A stretch of 64,000 nt of DNA from Cetorhinus maximus. Its lineage: Eukaryota. The notes under the pieces were generated by a model. The model saw only the letters and a program-made list of their open reading frames with translations, searched no databases and was not told where the DNA came from. Numbering within the stretch: the stretch's first letter is position 1; each line of letters opens with the position of its first letter. The position numbers and the translations under genes are program-made. The stretch covers positions 148,242,001 through 148,306,000 of the forward strand of contig NC_135880.1 in NCBI RefSeq assembly GCF_964194155.1, written 5' to 3'. This document shows positions 37,250 through 50,859 of the stretch, one piece after another.

Positions 37250-38130
37250 CTGAATGAATGCAGCTCCAACAACACTCAAGAAGCTCCACACCATCCAGGA
37301 CAAAGCTGCCCAATTGCTTGGCATCCCATCCATTAAACATTCATGCCTTCTACTACAGCACACTGTGGCTAAAGTGTGTACTATCTGCAAAATGCACTTT
37401 AGCAACTCACCATGGCTCCTTCAGGGGCATGACCCAAAGTTACAAACTCAGCCACCCAGAAGAACAAGGGCAGCAGATGCATGGGGGCACCACCACCTGC
37501 AAGTTCCCCTCCAAGTCATACTCCTGACTTGGAAATATATTGCCATGGCTGCTGGGCCAAAATTGCCTGCCTAACAACACTCTGGATGTACCTACACCAC
37601 ATGAACTACAGCACTTCGAGAAGGCAGCTTACCACCATCTTCTCGCAGAATCACAGAATTGATACGGTACAGAAGGAGATCATTCAGCCCATTGTGTCTG
37701 CACCAGCTTAACAAATTATGACTTAGTGCCATTCTCTTACCTTTTCCCAGTAACCCTGCACATTGTTTCTATTCAAATAATCATCTAATGCCCTCTTGAA
37801 TGCCTCAGTTGAACCTGCCTCCACCACACTTCCAGGCAGTGTATTCTAGACCCGAAGCATTCGCTGCATGAAAAAGACTTTATCACATCGCATTTCCTTC
37901 TTTTGCAAATCATTTTAAATCTGTGCCATTTCATTCTCGATCCTTTTACGAGTGGGAACAGTTTCTCCCTATCTACTCTGTCCAACCTCTCATAATTTTA
38001 AACACCTCTATCAAATATCCTCTTCGCTTTCTCCTCCCCAAGGAGGAGGGGGTCAATTAGAGATGGGGAATGAATGCTGGCCTTGCCAGCGATGCCCAAA
38101 TCCCATGGATGAATGGATGAATAAGAAGAA
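37250..38130 (+). mobile_element. CR1-group LINE 3' fragment with a nested minus-strand CR1/HER1 3' end (37646-38040)
   Basis: MNAAPTTLKKLHTIQDKAA; nested MDRVDREKLFPLVKGS. Confidence 0.8.
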
Positions 38131-38719
38131 AAAAAGGCAAAACTTGGATAGCCAGGTGGTGAGGCATAGAACAGTGACGTCTTTATTCAAACATTAGTTT
38201 TTATTTGCAGAGATACATTTCACTTACCATACACTTCCAAGAGCAACAGCAAACTTTCAACTTTGTCCCATCTGTATGACAGGTGTTTCCCCAATTAACA
38301 TCCCCCAGTTAAGCACAATTAACATTGCCTACAGTAATTTCTAGGCAATATTTGTAATTTTATTTCCCTACCAATTTGCAAAGTCATCCCCATCACCCAG
38401 ACATTGCTCAACGTACCCCCCTCACCCTCCAATAATGCTTACTCCACTCACCTCTTGACATTGCTCACCCCACACCCTCCCACTCCCATACCCCCACCCC
38501 TCCAACAATGCTCAACCCATTCCAAACTCAAATTCCAACCTGCCTCCTGTCCGGCTAATGTGGGAAGTGTCAACATTGCGTATGTTGGCAGTGAGGGGGG
38601 GGGTGGGTGTGACCGGAGAGGGTGAAGATGGGTGAGCATTATTGGGAGGAGGGTGAACATTGTCAGGGAGGTAAGCATTCTTGGGGGGCATAAACTTTGG
38701 TGGGAGGGGTTAATCTGTA

Positions 38720-39400
38720 AGTGAAGGTGCTGAGTTCTGTCGGGGGTGTTGAACTGTATCGGGGGATGGATCGGGGGATGGACTGTATTGCAGGGGTGCT
38801 GACCTGTATCTGGGGGGCTGAGCTGTATCGGGGGTCTGTGCTGTATTGGTGGTTAGGAGCTGAGCTATTTAATGGGGGCTGTATTGGAGGCTGGGAGCTG
38901 AGCTGTATCAGGGGGTGCTGAGCTATGTCAGAGGCAGGGTGCTGAACTGTATCGGGGAGGCTAGGCTGTATCGGGGTGGTAGCAAGCTGTATAGAGAGGC
39001 TGAGCTGTTTCTGGGGGGCTAAGCTGTATAGAAAGGATGAGCTGCATTGGGAAGTGCTGAGCTGTATTGTGGGGTTGGGGGGTGGCTTGCGGCTGAACTG
39101 TATCATGGATTCTGAGCTATATTGGGGGGGATGAGCTGTACTGGGAGGTTCTGGTCTGTATTGGTTGGAGGGGGACTTGGGGCTGCGACTGAATTGTATC
39201 AGGGATGCTGAGCTGTATTGGGGAGGCTGAGCAGTGTACGTGTGGAGGGGGCTGAGAGGTATCAGTGAATGGCTGAGCTGCACTGGGGAGTTGAGCTGTG
39301 TTGCGGGGGGTCTGGTCTGTATCAGGGGGTTCTGATTTGTAACGGGGGAGCTGAACTGCATTGGGTGGGGGAGGTGGTGGGGGGGATGCTGACTTGTATC
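38720..39400 (+). repeat. Degenerate G-rich minisatellite (~18-20 bp unit GCTGAGCTGTATCGGGGG)
   Basis: Dozens of GAGCTGTAT-G-run units. Confidence 0.85.
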
Positions 39401-40149
39401 AGTAGATGCTCCCTTCTGCCAGTTCTGTGTCCACTCTGTGTCAGCTTTCATCTGAGTGGTAAGCTGCCAAATAGAGAATTCATGAGGTCAACAGCAAACT
39501 CCACTAACCAGTTAAACTTCAGTATTCTTGCCTTGAAGATATTTTCACCATAAAATCTCAGCAATAATGGAGAATTCTCACCCATGCCTGGCATTGCTAC
39601 TAATATTCCAGTAGTACTGGTGCTACACCAAGTAAACAAAAGCAGAGCTTTCCTTCTTTTTCACTGTTGGGTTCTCCAACCTCCCACCCCCACTCCCACC
39701 CCCGCCACCATTGAAATGATGGGTATACTAAACATGCCAGAACATAGCTGATGGGGTTATTGCTGTCTACATCACTCAGAGAACATAGTTCCAAATGTGA
39801 AAGCTGATAGTAAATCTAAACAAAAATGCTAGGGTCAGGTTAAAGTACAGCTATGCCAAGTATGCCTGTTACACATGAAGTGTTTCCTCACAATTTGTTA
39901 TCAATTACTGTCATCATATCTAAAGTGTTCATTTGCCCTTACAGCCCTGTTGGAATTTAATGTGCATGGCAATAAAATAGCAAGGCACAAAGGTCCACTG
40001 TAACTTAGATTTGAAACTGCGACCATAACCCAAACATTAAGGACCATTAGACTGTGAAAATCCTTCTAACACAAGTTAGCTTTACGATGAAGTGTTTTTG
40101 CTAATGCATAGGATAGTATTCAGTTTGCTGATACATCAATCACGTATAC

Positions 40150-40710
40150 TGCTCCTTAAATGTGAGGCCTCTGACAAATTATATTCCCTCCCGCCCCAGT
40201 CCAGTAAGGGCTCTATTCCATTCTCCAAGTTTCTCCATACCCGTCACATCTGATGCTAATGATGCCATCTCACCTTCCACACCAGTGCTTCTGATATGTC
40301 TTCCTTTTTTCTTAACCAAGGACTCCCTCCACTGTAGTTGACAAGGGTCTTGATCGTGTCCATCCCATTTCCCTCATTTCAGCCTTCCTTCCCCTTCCTC
40401 CCAGAACTATGAAGATATTCTCCTTGTCCTCACCTTTCACCCCACCAGCATCCACATTCTACATTTCATTCACTGCCATTTCCATCACCTGCAACTCAAT
40501 GTCATCACCAAATACAAAGTCTCCTCTCACCACCTTCCCCAGCACCCCCTCACCTTCAGCATTCTGAAGGAACCATTCCCTCTGCAATACCTTCATCAAC
40601 TTTTCCATCACCCCAACACCTCTTCCCTATCCATAACAAATTCCTGTGCAAGTGCACACCTCCTCCCTTCCCACCATACAAAGCATCACGCGCTCCTTCC
40701 AGGTAAAACA
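40150..40710 (+). mobile_element. Old diverged PLE fragment
   Basis: Colinear with RT-thumb region of other PLEs (TATGTCTTCCTTTTTTCTTAACCAAGG, CCTTGTCCTCACCTTTCACCCCACCAGC). Confidence 0.75.
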
Positions 40711-41341
40711 GGTAAAATAGAATGCCCAAAAGAGGGACCCGCTAGTGGCAAGGGCCAATTGTGCTGGAAGACAATCCCTGGCCTTTCAAACGACACCTCC
40801 AACCACCATGCCCTCCACCCCCAGCATCCCATCCTCACTGGCACCTGCCTGATTGGCCCCTGTATGCCCATCCTACTTACCAGAGTTCCGGAGCCCCATG
40901 GCTCTTCCTCCTCCTGGGTCCTAGGCCAGTACCGACAGTGGTTATTGATCCCAGTGGCACTGCTGGTACTGGAGAGCTGCCGGCGTCTAATTGGCCGGCA
41001 GCTCTTGGAGGTGGGGCATCCATCCTGCAGATGCCGGGAACCCCAACACTGACCCGATAACTGCCTGATTGGCTTTCAATTGCTCTGGGTTGCGCTGAAG
41101 CATATTTGCCACTGGCTCTCCAGCTGGTGGATGGGCCCACCGTTGTGATCATTAAATTACGTCCAAATAATAAAGGAGTTTATTACCATGTGAACAGGAA
41201 GGTCCACTGCCTTGTTTCTATGTGAACAGTGAACCCTGGCTCATTTAATCTGCGGTGCATTGAGACTTGCATTGCGCACTTGTCCACTTAAGGCTACCAT
41301 ACACATGTACCACCAGAGGGAGTCCGAATAAAAATATCCAT

Positions 41342-42004
41342 GCCAGAATTTTATGTCCTACAGGCAGGCGCGCGCCTGACCCGAACGGGCATAAAATCGC
41401 ACGAGATGACGTCGGGCAAGTCTCCCGACATCATTGCGCAATATTTCGCTCAGCGGGCACACACAAAACTCAGAAGAGTGTCTGTCAATTAAGCTTATTA
41501 ACGGCCCGATTGTAAGTGACCTTTTGTGGTCCACCCAACCTTATGGTTGTCGGTCGGGCCAGTCGGCAGACAGGCTTTACATTTTTGATGAAACCTCATC
41601 CAAGAGCGGGATGAAATCTCCATTAGGACTTAAAATTAAAAGAAATATCTGGGAGTTGTTTTTTTATGAGGTATGCTTTCAGGAGCTTGATTATGCTGCA
41701 AGGACAATTTTTGCAGCATTTCTGTGCTTTCTTTTATTATTTGGAAGGTCTGCAGCTCTCTGACGCATCTCTCTGCCTCCAGTGGAAGTGCTCACCAACA
41801 CCCGCGGTGTCATTGGCGCCCACCCTCTTCCCACCCCCACCGGCAGCGCTGAACCTTTCTCAGGGCACGTTTCACGCTGGGTGGCCATTAATTGGCCAGC
41901 CAGTGTGAAATTGTGGTCGGGGGCTGGTCACTGTCGGGGGATGGTTTCCCATGTGCTCCCGGGGCTGCCAATCACGCGCGCCCGACAACCGCAAAATTCA
42001 GACC
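41342..42004. mobile_element. Harbinger-family MITE inside 5' LTR
   Basis: GCCAGAATTTTATG...AAAATTCAGACC; left end similar to that of 4363-8445; TSD CAT/AAT. Confidence 0.85.
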
Positions 42005-44266
42005 AATGTTTTAATAGTATAAGTAGCTGCCCTACTCCTGAATGCTTCTTACTGTTCTTCTTCCCAATAACTTACATTGGCAACTAGGATGGTGAAAAAT
42101 ATGAGGCAAGCTCAAGCTAGTGGAGTATCTTTTACTATATCCTCTGCCTATTGTCAGTCCTCCTAGATGTGAAGAAAAGGTTGCTGAACAACATGTTAAC
42201 TACATAAGCCTGAATGCGGTGCCAAAGTTGCTAAAACTAGACCTGATCAAAGCAACAACATACCAAGCTGAGGCATTATAACAAGGTATCACAGCTACAG
42301 AATCACGAAACTGGAAAGGCATGATTGAGAGAGCACCTATAAACGAAATTGCTCACATTTTCATGGTCATCACAATATTCAAAATGAGCTTTCCATTGCA
42401 ATCACATCTGTTCTTGTGGTACACGGTCACTGAAGGAATATGTTTTTTTAATTCTTTCATGGGTTATGGATGTTTCTGACTAGGCCAACAGTTATTGCCC
42501 ATCCCTAATGCTCCTTGACAAGGTGGTGGTGAGTTGCCTTCTTGAGCCGCTGCAGTCTGTGTGGTGTAGGTACACCCACAGTGCTGTTAGGGAGAGGCTT
42601 CCAAGATTTTGACCCAGCGACAGTAAAGGAATGGCGATATATTTCCAAGTCAGGATGGTGAATGGCTTGGAGGGGAACTTCCAGGTGGTTCTGTTCCCAT
42701 GTGTCAGTTGTCCTAGTCCTTTTAGATGGTAGCGGTCATAGGTTTGGAAGGTGCTGTCTAAGGAGCCTTGGTGAGTTCCTGCAGTGCATTTTGTAGATGG
42801 TACACACTGCTGCTACTGCACGTCAGTGGTGGAGGGAGTGAATGTTTGTGGATGGGGTGCCAATCAAGTGGGCTGCTTTGTCCTGGATGGTGTCCAGCTT
42901 CTTCAGTGTTATAGATATAGCACATGAAGGTCACTAGGGAATTATCAAAACCAAACAACTTCATGGGAAAAAAGTATAGTTCCTAGGAATTGACCACATG
43001 GTAGACTATAAAATCAATCAGCGTATGCAATGCCAAGCAACCACAATGCCAAATCTTGGTGATCCTCTCAAGATGTCTGAGCTACCTCCAGGACCATGGA
43101 TTGAAGTTAGCATTGTTTTGCAGCTTTGTACACTGGCAAACACCTGCTTGTTGTCATTGATGACTACAGCAGATTCCTAGTTGTGGAAAAGTTACCTCTA
43201 CCTCAATGAAAACAATCATCCCAAACATGTATCAGGTTTTCGCTTTGCTTGGAGTCCCTCAAATTGTGAGAAGTGACAATGGACCCCCATTCAACAGCGA
43301 TGAGTTCAGTAAATTCATGAATTATGTGGGTTTCACTCACTGGAAAATCACACCCTGTTGGCTAAAAGCTAATGGAGAAATTGAGAGATGTAAGTGTACC
43401 TTGAAAGAAGTGAGCTATACAGCTACAGCTGAGAGCAAGCAGTGGTAGCAGGAGTTTATTTCGCTTTCTTTACAATTACAAAGCAATTCCTCACTCAACA
43501 ACTGATAAGCCTCCAGTGAGACTTATCTTTGCATCTCCTATGCACAAATGTCTTCCTGAGCTACACTGCAGAGTTAACGGTCAAAATGTATGTGAATGCG
43601 ATGGAAAACAGAAGGATCGAATGAAAGCAAACATGAAGCACAGAGCTACACCACTAAAGCCAGGGGATAAAGTGCTTGTGAAAGGTAATGGTCATGTTAG
43701 AAAGCAAACATCCACGAATGACATCCAGCCATTTGTTGTTACCAAAAGGGTCCATGGTCATTGCTAAGTGCAGTTAGCAAATCATCACACGAAACACATG
43801 ATTCTTCAAAGCACTGAAAACACCATCCGCAATCGTTGAATCTAACTCAGGGATCGACATCTCAGATGAAGAACATGAGTTAACTGAGGTAACGCCTGAT
43901 GTCAGATGATATCCTACTCATGAGAAAAAATGTCCACCATATCTAAGTGATTATGCCACAAAGTGAACTATTTTTAGTTGGTAAACAAATCCTTCATCTC
44001 ATTTTTCATGACTGAGTGCATTGTTAAATGAATACAAAAGTTTGCATATGTAATTACTGGTGAAATTGCATGTTCAAATTATGTTTAACTTTATTGTTTA
44101 CATCATTTAGACTTTTGAAAACAAACTATTAAAACATGCTATGCCTCTCATTTACTAAGAAGGGGAGGATGTAGTATATTGAGACTTGCATTGTGCATTT
44201 TGTCCACTTAAGAATAGCATACTGTGCACCAGTAGATAGAGTCACAAAGAGAATAAGAGAATCCAT

Positions 44267-44383
44267 GGGTGGAATTTTACAGCCCTGTCGCAGCTAGGGT
44301 GGGGCTGTAAAATGCTGCGAGTCGTTTAAAAGTCCATTGACTTTGGTGGGACCGTAAAATCCCACTGGAGTAAAATTCCACCC
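44267..44383. mobile_element. 117-bp Harbinger-type mini-MITE inside 3' LTR
   Basis: Perfect 14-bp TIR GGGTGGAATTTTAC/GTAAAATTCCACCC; TSD CAT. Confidence 0.9.
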
Positions 44384-45344
44384 CATGTTTTAAAGAACGT
44401 GCAGCAGACCTGCCCCTGAATGCTTCTTACTGGTTATTAGTATTTGTCCCAAGAGCTTTACAGAATCCTAGATAAATACTTAACACAACCTTGTTCCTGG
44501 CATTGGTGGTTCCTCATATATTTCCTTGATCAGGCTCGGAATCTATATCTGGGTTTTGTTGAGAATTGACGTTCTCCTCCTTCTTGGCCTCTGATCTGTC
44601 AAGAGACCTGAAGTGCTGCTTCCAGATTCCAGTAATGATCCTGACAAGAACACAGGCTGCTTTATAACTGAGCTCTGATTCTGGCTGCCATCTTTCTAAT
44701 CTTCCTTCTTATTCTTCAAATAAGCTCATGACAAGTGATGACATTAAAATAAAAGCATAATAACTGCTGCAAGCATTCATTCGCATTCTACAATGTTTTG
44801 GTTCATGTTGCTCATTGCATTGTGCCTAGGGGGCTGAGATGAATATTTGGATGATATCCCCATAATTTGGGAAACACATCAATGCAATAAAATTTGGCAG
44901 CTCTGTCATGTAGTTAATTGAGAAAAGATGAAGGTGTGAGAACTGCTGAACAATCTATCAATCTCCTGCTTCATGCCTCTCTGGAAAGAAAATTGGTTGA
45001 TACTGATGTCGGCTCCACAATCATGGAGGTGACTAACTGTCATGGAGGTGACTAACTGTAAGTTATTTTAAAGCAGCTGACACTAGTTCTACAGCTGTTT
45101 CTTAGCTCATAAAATCAATTCTCCAATCCCGCCAGGGCTCTGTGCTTTATCCTCTAAGCACAGTGGGTCATATATTGGCTGACGCAGCCAATATTCTTCT
45201 AGTACTATCTAATACCCCTTCTTTGTCCTCTTCCATTAACTAAAGTGAGAGAGAATAAATGAAAACAATTCACAAACTGGATGTGTTGCAGCAGAAATAA
45301 GTAAATACCATAACGTTAAGACATTAGTTCTTGATATGTGGGAA

Positions 45345-46148
45345 CCTGACTAAACTTTATGGCAATTTGAAGTCGGAGAGGTTTGCACTCTGCACATGCA
45401 ATATGTTGAACAGATAGTCTGCAAGTTCCTTTCTTAAATATTGTGCATTATCAGATTTGCACTGCCAATGGTCGAAGGAAATTTGCCATCTGTATAAGGG
45501 CATGTGCATAGTGCCTCTAGAGTGGGAGGCCTCACGCTGTCCTGGCAGGTCATTGCCCGGCTGCAAGGCAAGTCTGTAAATTGAGGACAAGGCCCTGGTG
45601 CACTGTATTGCTCACAGGTATCTACTGTGGCCAAAACAAAAGGGTCAATGGTCACTGCTATACCTGTTGAATTTGCAATGCCAGCTTTTCCAGTGTGCTG
45701 CTTGGTCTGGGCCTTCTGCATGCTCAAAAAAGTCAGGTGGCAGTAGGGCTTTTTCCATGCTAGTCTGTTACTCTAATTGACTGTCTTAGGACTCCGTCGG
45801 CACTTTTTATTGATTCCTTGCTTCAGTCATTCCCTTGCTGTTATATACTCGTTGGCTTTATCTTTCCCTCCACCAGCAGTTTTATTGGAGATCCTTGTAA
45901 ATTGATTAGTTTACTGCTGACACCATGGAATAACTTCAGAAATGGGCCCAGCGTATGTTTGACAGAGATTACTAGAAACAAGGCATCCAGAAACTTCCAA
46001 ACATTTATTAACTATTTATAACTATGTACAGGAAAAGATAAGCATGAGGTTCCTTCCAGAAGTCAGTCTCCCTGAGTTCCAGAGACACGTGATCTGACAT
46101 CACTGATAATGTACACTAGCATAATAGCTATTAACCCTTTATATTACA
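45345..46148 (-). mobile_element. Gypsy 5' LTR (45926-46148), tRNA-Leu-like PBS and decayed gag
   Basis: Minus strand TGTAATAT...TTATTCCA then TGGTGTCAGCAGT; MEKALLPPDFFEHAEGPDQAAHWKSWHCKFNRY gag-like start. Confidence 0.7.
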
Positions 46149-46629
46149 GCTGCCAGCTGAAGATGCTTTAAAATTTTGAAAAAAACTTCTTGTAAAGAAA
46201 GGAGCAAAAGGAGTGCTTCTCCCACCCCACGGCACTCCCAACAGCCATTGCCGGCTGGGCTTTTCACTCCTACTGCCTTCACACCTGAACCCGGCTGCTG
46301 ACAAAATTCCACCCCATTGACTGAAGGAAAAACCATGATTTGGGTAGAGGGAATAGGGAATAAAATTGACACTTTTTTTGAGGATGAACAGAATTATTTT
46401 GTATATTTAGTTGCCTTGTGTTCTGAATTCTCTTCTTGTATAGTTCTAAAACCTCCAGACAAATATTTTCATTCAACAAATCTCAATAACAATCTCCTTT
46501 TGTTTATAAAGGGGTTAATGCATAATCAATCAACACTGCTTGAACAACAACAAGCAACTGTTTTCCTCCTATCTTACAGAACATCAGGCTTCAGTCCTTT
46601 TGATTCCTTCTCCTCTGCATGTCTGAGAT

Positions 46630-47030
46630 AAAAACATAAGAAATAGGAGTTGCAGGAAGCCACAAGTGCCCTAGAGCCTGTTCCACTATTCAATAAGATC
46701 ATTGCTGTTCTAACCTTGTTCTCACCTCCGACTTCATTCCTGTTCCCTAGAATCCTTGATTCCCCTATAGCTCAATAATCTGTCCATCTCAGCCTTGAAT
46801 GTATTCAATAACAGCCTCCAGAGCTCTCTGGGATCGATTCACGATTTGAGATTCACGACCCTCTGAGAGGAGAACTTCCTCCTCATCTTCATTTTAAATG
46901 GGAGACCTCTTATTCTGAAATTGTGCCCCCTAGTTCTTGATTCTTCCTTGAGGACAATTAGCATCTACCCTCTCAAGCCCCCTCAGAATCACACATGTTC
47001 CAATAAGATCACATATTATTCTTCTAAATG
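46630..47030 (-). mobile_element. CR1 LINE 3' end (similar ends at 8805-8970, 52930-53100, 60765-60960)
   Basis: AACATAAGAAATAGGAG...GAGCCTGTTCCACTATTCAATAAGATCAT reverse tail. Confidence 0.7.
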
Positions 47031-47229
47031 TTATATTTAAATCAATTCCTCAGGGAAGTGCATTTACTTACGTTTTGTTTCCATCTTGACCCATGACTTG
47101 GTGGACATCATCAGAAGCCATTCTGCTTTTTTTTCTCTATTTGATTGTACCATCCTGCATAATGCAATTCATTGAAAAAACATAGTAACTGAATCTTTGA
47201 AAACAGATAAAGTCAGAATGGGATAACAA

Positions 47230-47740
47230 CAATAATAAACTGCATTTAAATAGTACTTTTAACATAAATAGATGTTCCAAAATTATTCACAGGAGCATTA
47301 TCAAACATAATTTGACACCTAGGCACATAGAAGATAGATATTAGGAGAGGGGACCAAAAGGTTGGTCAAAGAAATAGGTTTTAAGGAACATCTTAAGGGA
47401 GAAAAAAGAGGTGAAGGAGTTTAGGGGTGGAACTCCAGAGCTTAAGGCCAAGTCAGCTAGGCATGGCTACCACAGATGGAGTTATTAAAATTGAGATGTG
47501 CACGAGGGCAGAATTACAGGAGTGCTAATATATGACAGGAATGTAGGGCTGTAGGAAATTACAGAGATCGGGAGGGGCAAAGCCAAGGAGTCATTTAAAA
47601 ACAAGAATGAGAATTTTAAAATTGAGGTGTTGCTGGGTTGGGATTAGGCCAATGACCAGAGGGGTGAATGGGACTTGGTGCAACTTCTGATATGGATAGC
47701 AGAGTTTTGGATGAGCTCGGTTTACAGAAGGTGTAAGGTA
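47230..47740 (-). mobile_element. L2-type LINE 3' fragment
   Basis: IPTQQHLNFKILILVFK C-terminal motif and short-repeat tail. Confidence 0.65.
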
Positions 47741-48779
47741 TAAGATAAAGAGACAAGAAACAAAAGCGATTGTTGCTAAATAATAATCTTTAATGACACA
47801 CATACCTGTAAGGTCACCACTGTTGCTGGTGATAATTCCAATGGCCTCATATGCTTCGAATCATCATCCTGAAAAACCCAGAAGAAAAGCTTGTGTTTGC
47901 AGAACAGAGCTCAGCTGCAGGTAAATCAATGATGTACTGCAAAGTAGCTTCTTGTATTTGATTTCAACTACATTCAATTACTCTGTGTGTATTGCTAATG
48001 TCACGGGACAAAGGACAGAACAAAGATAAATGAAAATAACTATTAAATCTGATTGATCTAACCATGTAGGCTAGATGATTAAAGTCTGAAACAAATTGAG
48101 AAAATGTATTCAGCAGGATTCACATATTCCTGATTCACTGTTTTCCTGAATTGTTGGAAATAGGATAATTATCCAGAAGCTGTAGGAGCTGTGAAAAGAA
48201 TCCTAATGATTTTCAATCATTGTTAAATTAAAACTGACAGAATAATTTTTAGTCTGAATGATCAAACTAATAATTCACAAGTCAACATTAATATCAGAGA
48301 GAATTTGAACATTTACAAATGGGTTAGTTGGATTAGGGTGCCTAGATAAATTTTACAGCAAAACAAAGTGTGACCATAACCCATCTTTAAAGTGCCAACT
48401 AACTTCTGGGTTTCACTGAGATGCATATGGCTGCATCCTAGGACCCTGCTCACTGGAGTTGGCGTGATCATTAGTACACATAAGTGGACTTTCAGAAATA
48501 ATTCAAGCTGGTAGTTGCATGCAAGTGATGACTTTGACCATGAATTTAACAGACCTTGGATTTAAGGTTTCCAACATTGGTTTTTGTGGCTCAGGGATCT
48601 GAGGAGCACCACAGCAGTGAGGTGGTTTTATTAAATTCAAGGGGTATTATTCAATCAGTGCACAGCTGGTGTGTAACCACAAGAAGAGGTCCAGGCAGGT
48701 ACGTGCCACATTCTCTGGGAGCTGTTATGACACATCCATAACATGACAGTCTAACGTAACAGACCTAGAAGCAGTTATA

Positions 48780-50810
48780 AGGTTTGGCTCATAAGAGACA
48801 AAGGGATAATCCCTCAAACTTGCCTCAGGAAACCTGTGAGGAACCCCAGCAATGAGACAAAGGAGCCACATAACACCAGGTGTGTCAGAGAACAATCAGG
48901 TTGTTGAAGATGTGCTTCAGGTGCCTTGATAGATCTGCAGGTCCCATTCAGTACTTACCAGTGGTGGTCTTCAGGACAATAGTGATGTGCTGCATCCTTT
49001 TGCAGCAGGGAGAGTTGTCGGTGGAGGAGTACAAAGGCTTTCATCATGCACCCACAAAGGAGAAGAATATTGAAGACAAGGTAGGGAACTCTTAAGATGG
49101 GGCATCCAGCATCAGACCAGTCAGACATTGTGGCCTGAGATGCCAGGAATACACTCATGGTTAGACAGTTCAGATAATTATTGCAATTGGAACAAATATC
49201 AAATGAAAGACATCAGAAGCACAGGTGCTCCCACTCCCTCTCCCTTTGTACTGAACATCCCTTCAAACATGCATACATTCATTGCCTAGCACTGAATGGA
49301 TAATGTTATGTGCTGACATCAGGAAATCAGCGACGCTCTGGGCACAATGGGCAAGACATGGAATTGGTGCTAATCGATAAATTTCATGTGGCATTATAAG
49401 GGAAGGAAACTAAATAGCATAATATTTTGTGAAATACTTATGTGCCTACCCTTGGTGAATTACAATTGTATGAGTTTATATTTTCAAGCACTTCTGAATG
49501 GTGCAGCCTGCGTAGATTCAGCAGGGGTAGAGGCAGGCTGCTCAGATCCCAGCTCTCACTGCTGAGATGCTTTTGGTCTGCAATTTCTGGGTATTGGAGC
49601 CCCTGAAAGCACTGCTTAAGACTCCTCCATCCACCTATGCAGGGGCAGACTTGGCAAGGCAGCATGTCTGCTTCAGACTGCGGCGATATCGGGAGGGTAG
49701 GCAATCGGTGACAAATGGGATCACTTTAAGCAGAGGTGCCAATTCCATGATGCCTTTCACCATCATCCCTCTCCTGGGTCACTGCTACATCAAGCCTACT
49801 ATTCTACTACAAACCAGTTTACTGAAGGTCGGTGACACATTGTGAGGCCAGAGATAAGATGTAAGAGATAAGAGATAAGATCGTTCTATTTAAGTGAGTA
49901 GACATGTTGATATCAGGAGCCTGCATGACCATCATTATGGTCTGCATGAATTCATTTGAGAATATTGCTTGCAGCTCCATGCAGGAGCCCATGCTCTCCA
50001 TGTCTGACATTCTTGCAATTCTTGACGCCGGAAATCCGTGAGTGATTGAATTTTTTTTCATATTCATTGCTGGTATCTGAGTGTCATTGGCGAGGCACAC
50101 CCACAGTGCTGTTAGGAAGGGACTTCCAGGATTTTGATCAAGTGACAGTGAAGGAACAGACACATAGTTCCAAGTCAGAATTGGGAGTGGCTTGGAGGGA
50201 AGCTTGCAGTTGGTGGTGTTCTCAAGCACCTGCTGTCTTTGTCCTTCTAGGAGGTAAAGATTGTGAGCTTCGAAGGTGCTGTCGAAGGAGATTTGGTAAG
50301 TTGCTGCATATTGTAGATGGTACACACTGCAGCCTCAGTGGTGGAAAGAGTACATGTTTAAGGTGGTGGATAGGGTATCAAACAATCAGGCTACCTTTTC
50401 ATAGGCATCATTAAGTTTTTTGTGTGTCATTGGAGCTGCAGTCATCTGGGCAAGTGGACAGATCTCCTGACTTCTACCTTGCCAATGGCTGACAGGCTTT
50501 GAGGGGGTCAGGGGGTGACTTGTTTTTGTAGCTACAGATTTATATGGCTGATCCAGTCATGTTTCTGGTCAATAGCAACTCCTGTGATGCTGATGATCGT
50601 AATGCCATTAAATATCAAGGGGTGATGACCCAGTAGAGAATGTGTGTGGCATATCTGTCAGTGCGTGACTGAGACCTCAATGCACCTCTAGCGTTCTCCT
50701 TCCCAACACAGCCCCTGGGGTTCTGCATCTATGTCCATGAGCAGAGCCTTGTAGGATTGTGCCTCCTGACGTGGACTCTCCATCTCAGGTTCCCACTCCA
50801 TAACCTCAGG
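48780..50810. mobile_element. Highly decayed Harbinger element (transposase C-terminal relic on +, Myb relic on -) with LINE insert 50050-50620
   Basis: DKG*..RTIRLLKMCFRCLDRSAGPIQY..IVMCCIL; Myb last-exon-like 3' end near 49440. Confidence 0.6.
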
Positions 50811-50859
50811 TTGAAATGCAGCTACTGTTATAATGTATAAAGAAATTACAGGTAACTTA

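Larger units (their letters stand above)
35070..38324 (-). mobile_element. Decayed LTR retrotransposon: LTRs 35070-35240 and ~38136-38324, PPT beside 3' LTR, gag relic
   Basis: Both repeats begin TGTTAATTG on minus; AAAGAGAGAGAAGGGAA purine tract abuts the left LTR; possible zinc-knuckle relic near 36120-36160; no TSD found. Confidence 0.55.
41251..44462 (+). mobile_element. Internally deleted Gypsy LTR retrotransposon (LTRs 41251-42076 and 44170-44462, PBS, integrase relic, PPT)
   Basis: TG..CA LTRs; TSD TAATC/GAATC; PBS-like TGGCAACTAGGATGG; integrase GVPQIVRSDNGPPF...ANGEIER; PPT AAGAAGGGGAGGA; LINE insert 42445-42920. Confidence 0.85.

Noticed and set aside
38663-39451. 262-aa Pro/Gln/Ser-rich ORF
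   Set aside because: Product of the degenerate minisatellite; no domain or splice evidence
45434-45727. 97-aa Cys-containing ORF as a host exon
   Set aside because: Lies just downstream of an LTR and PBS; better explained as frameshifted gag
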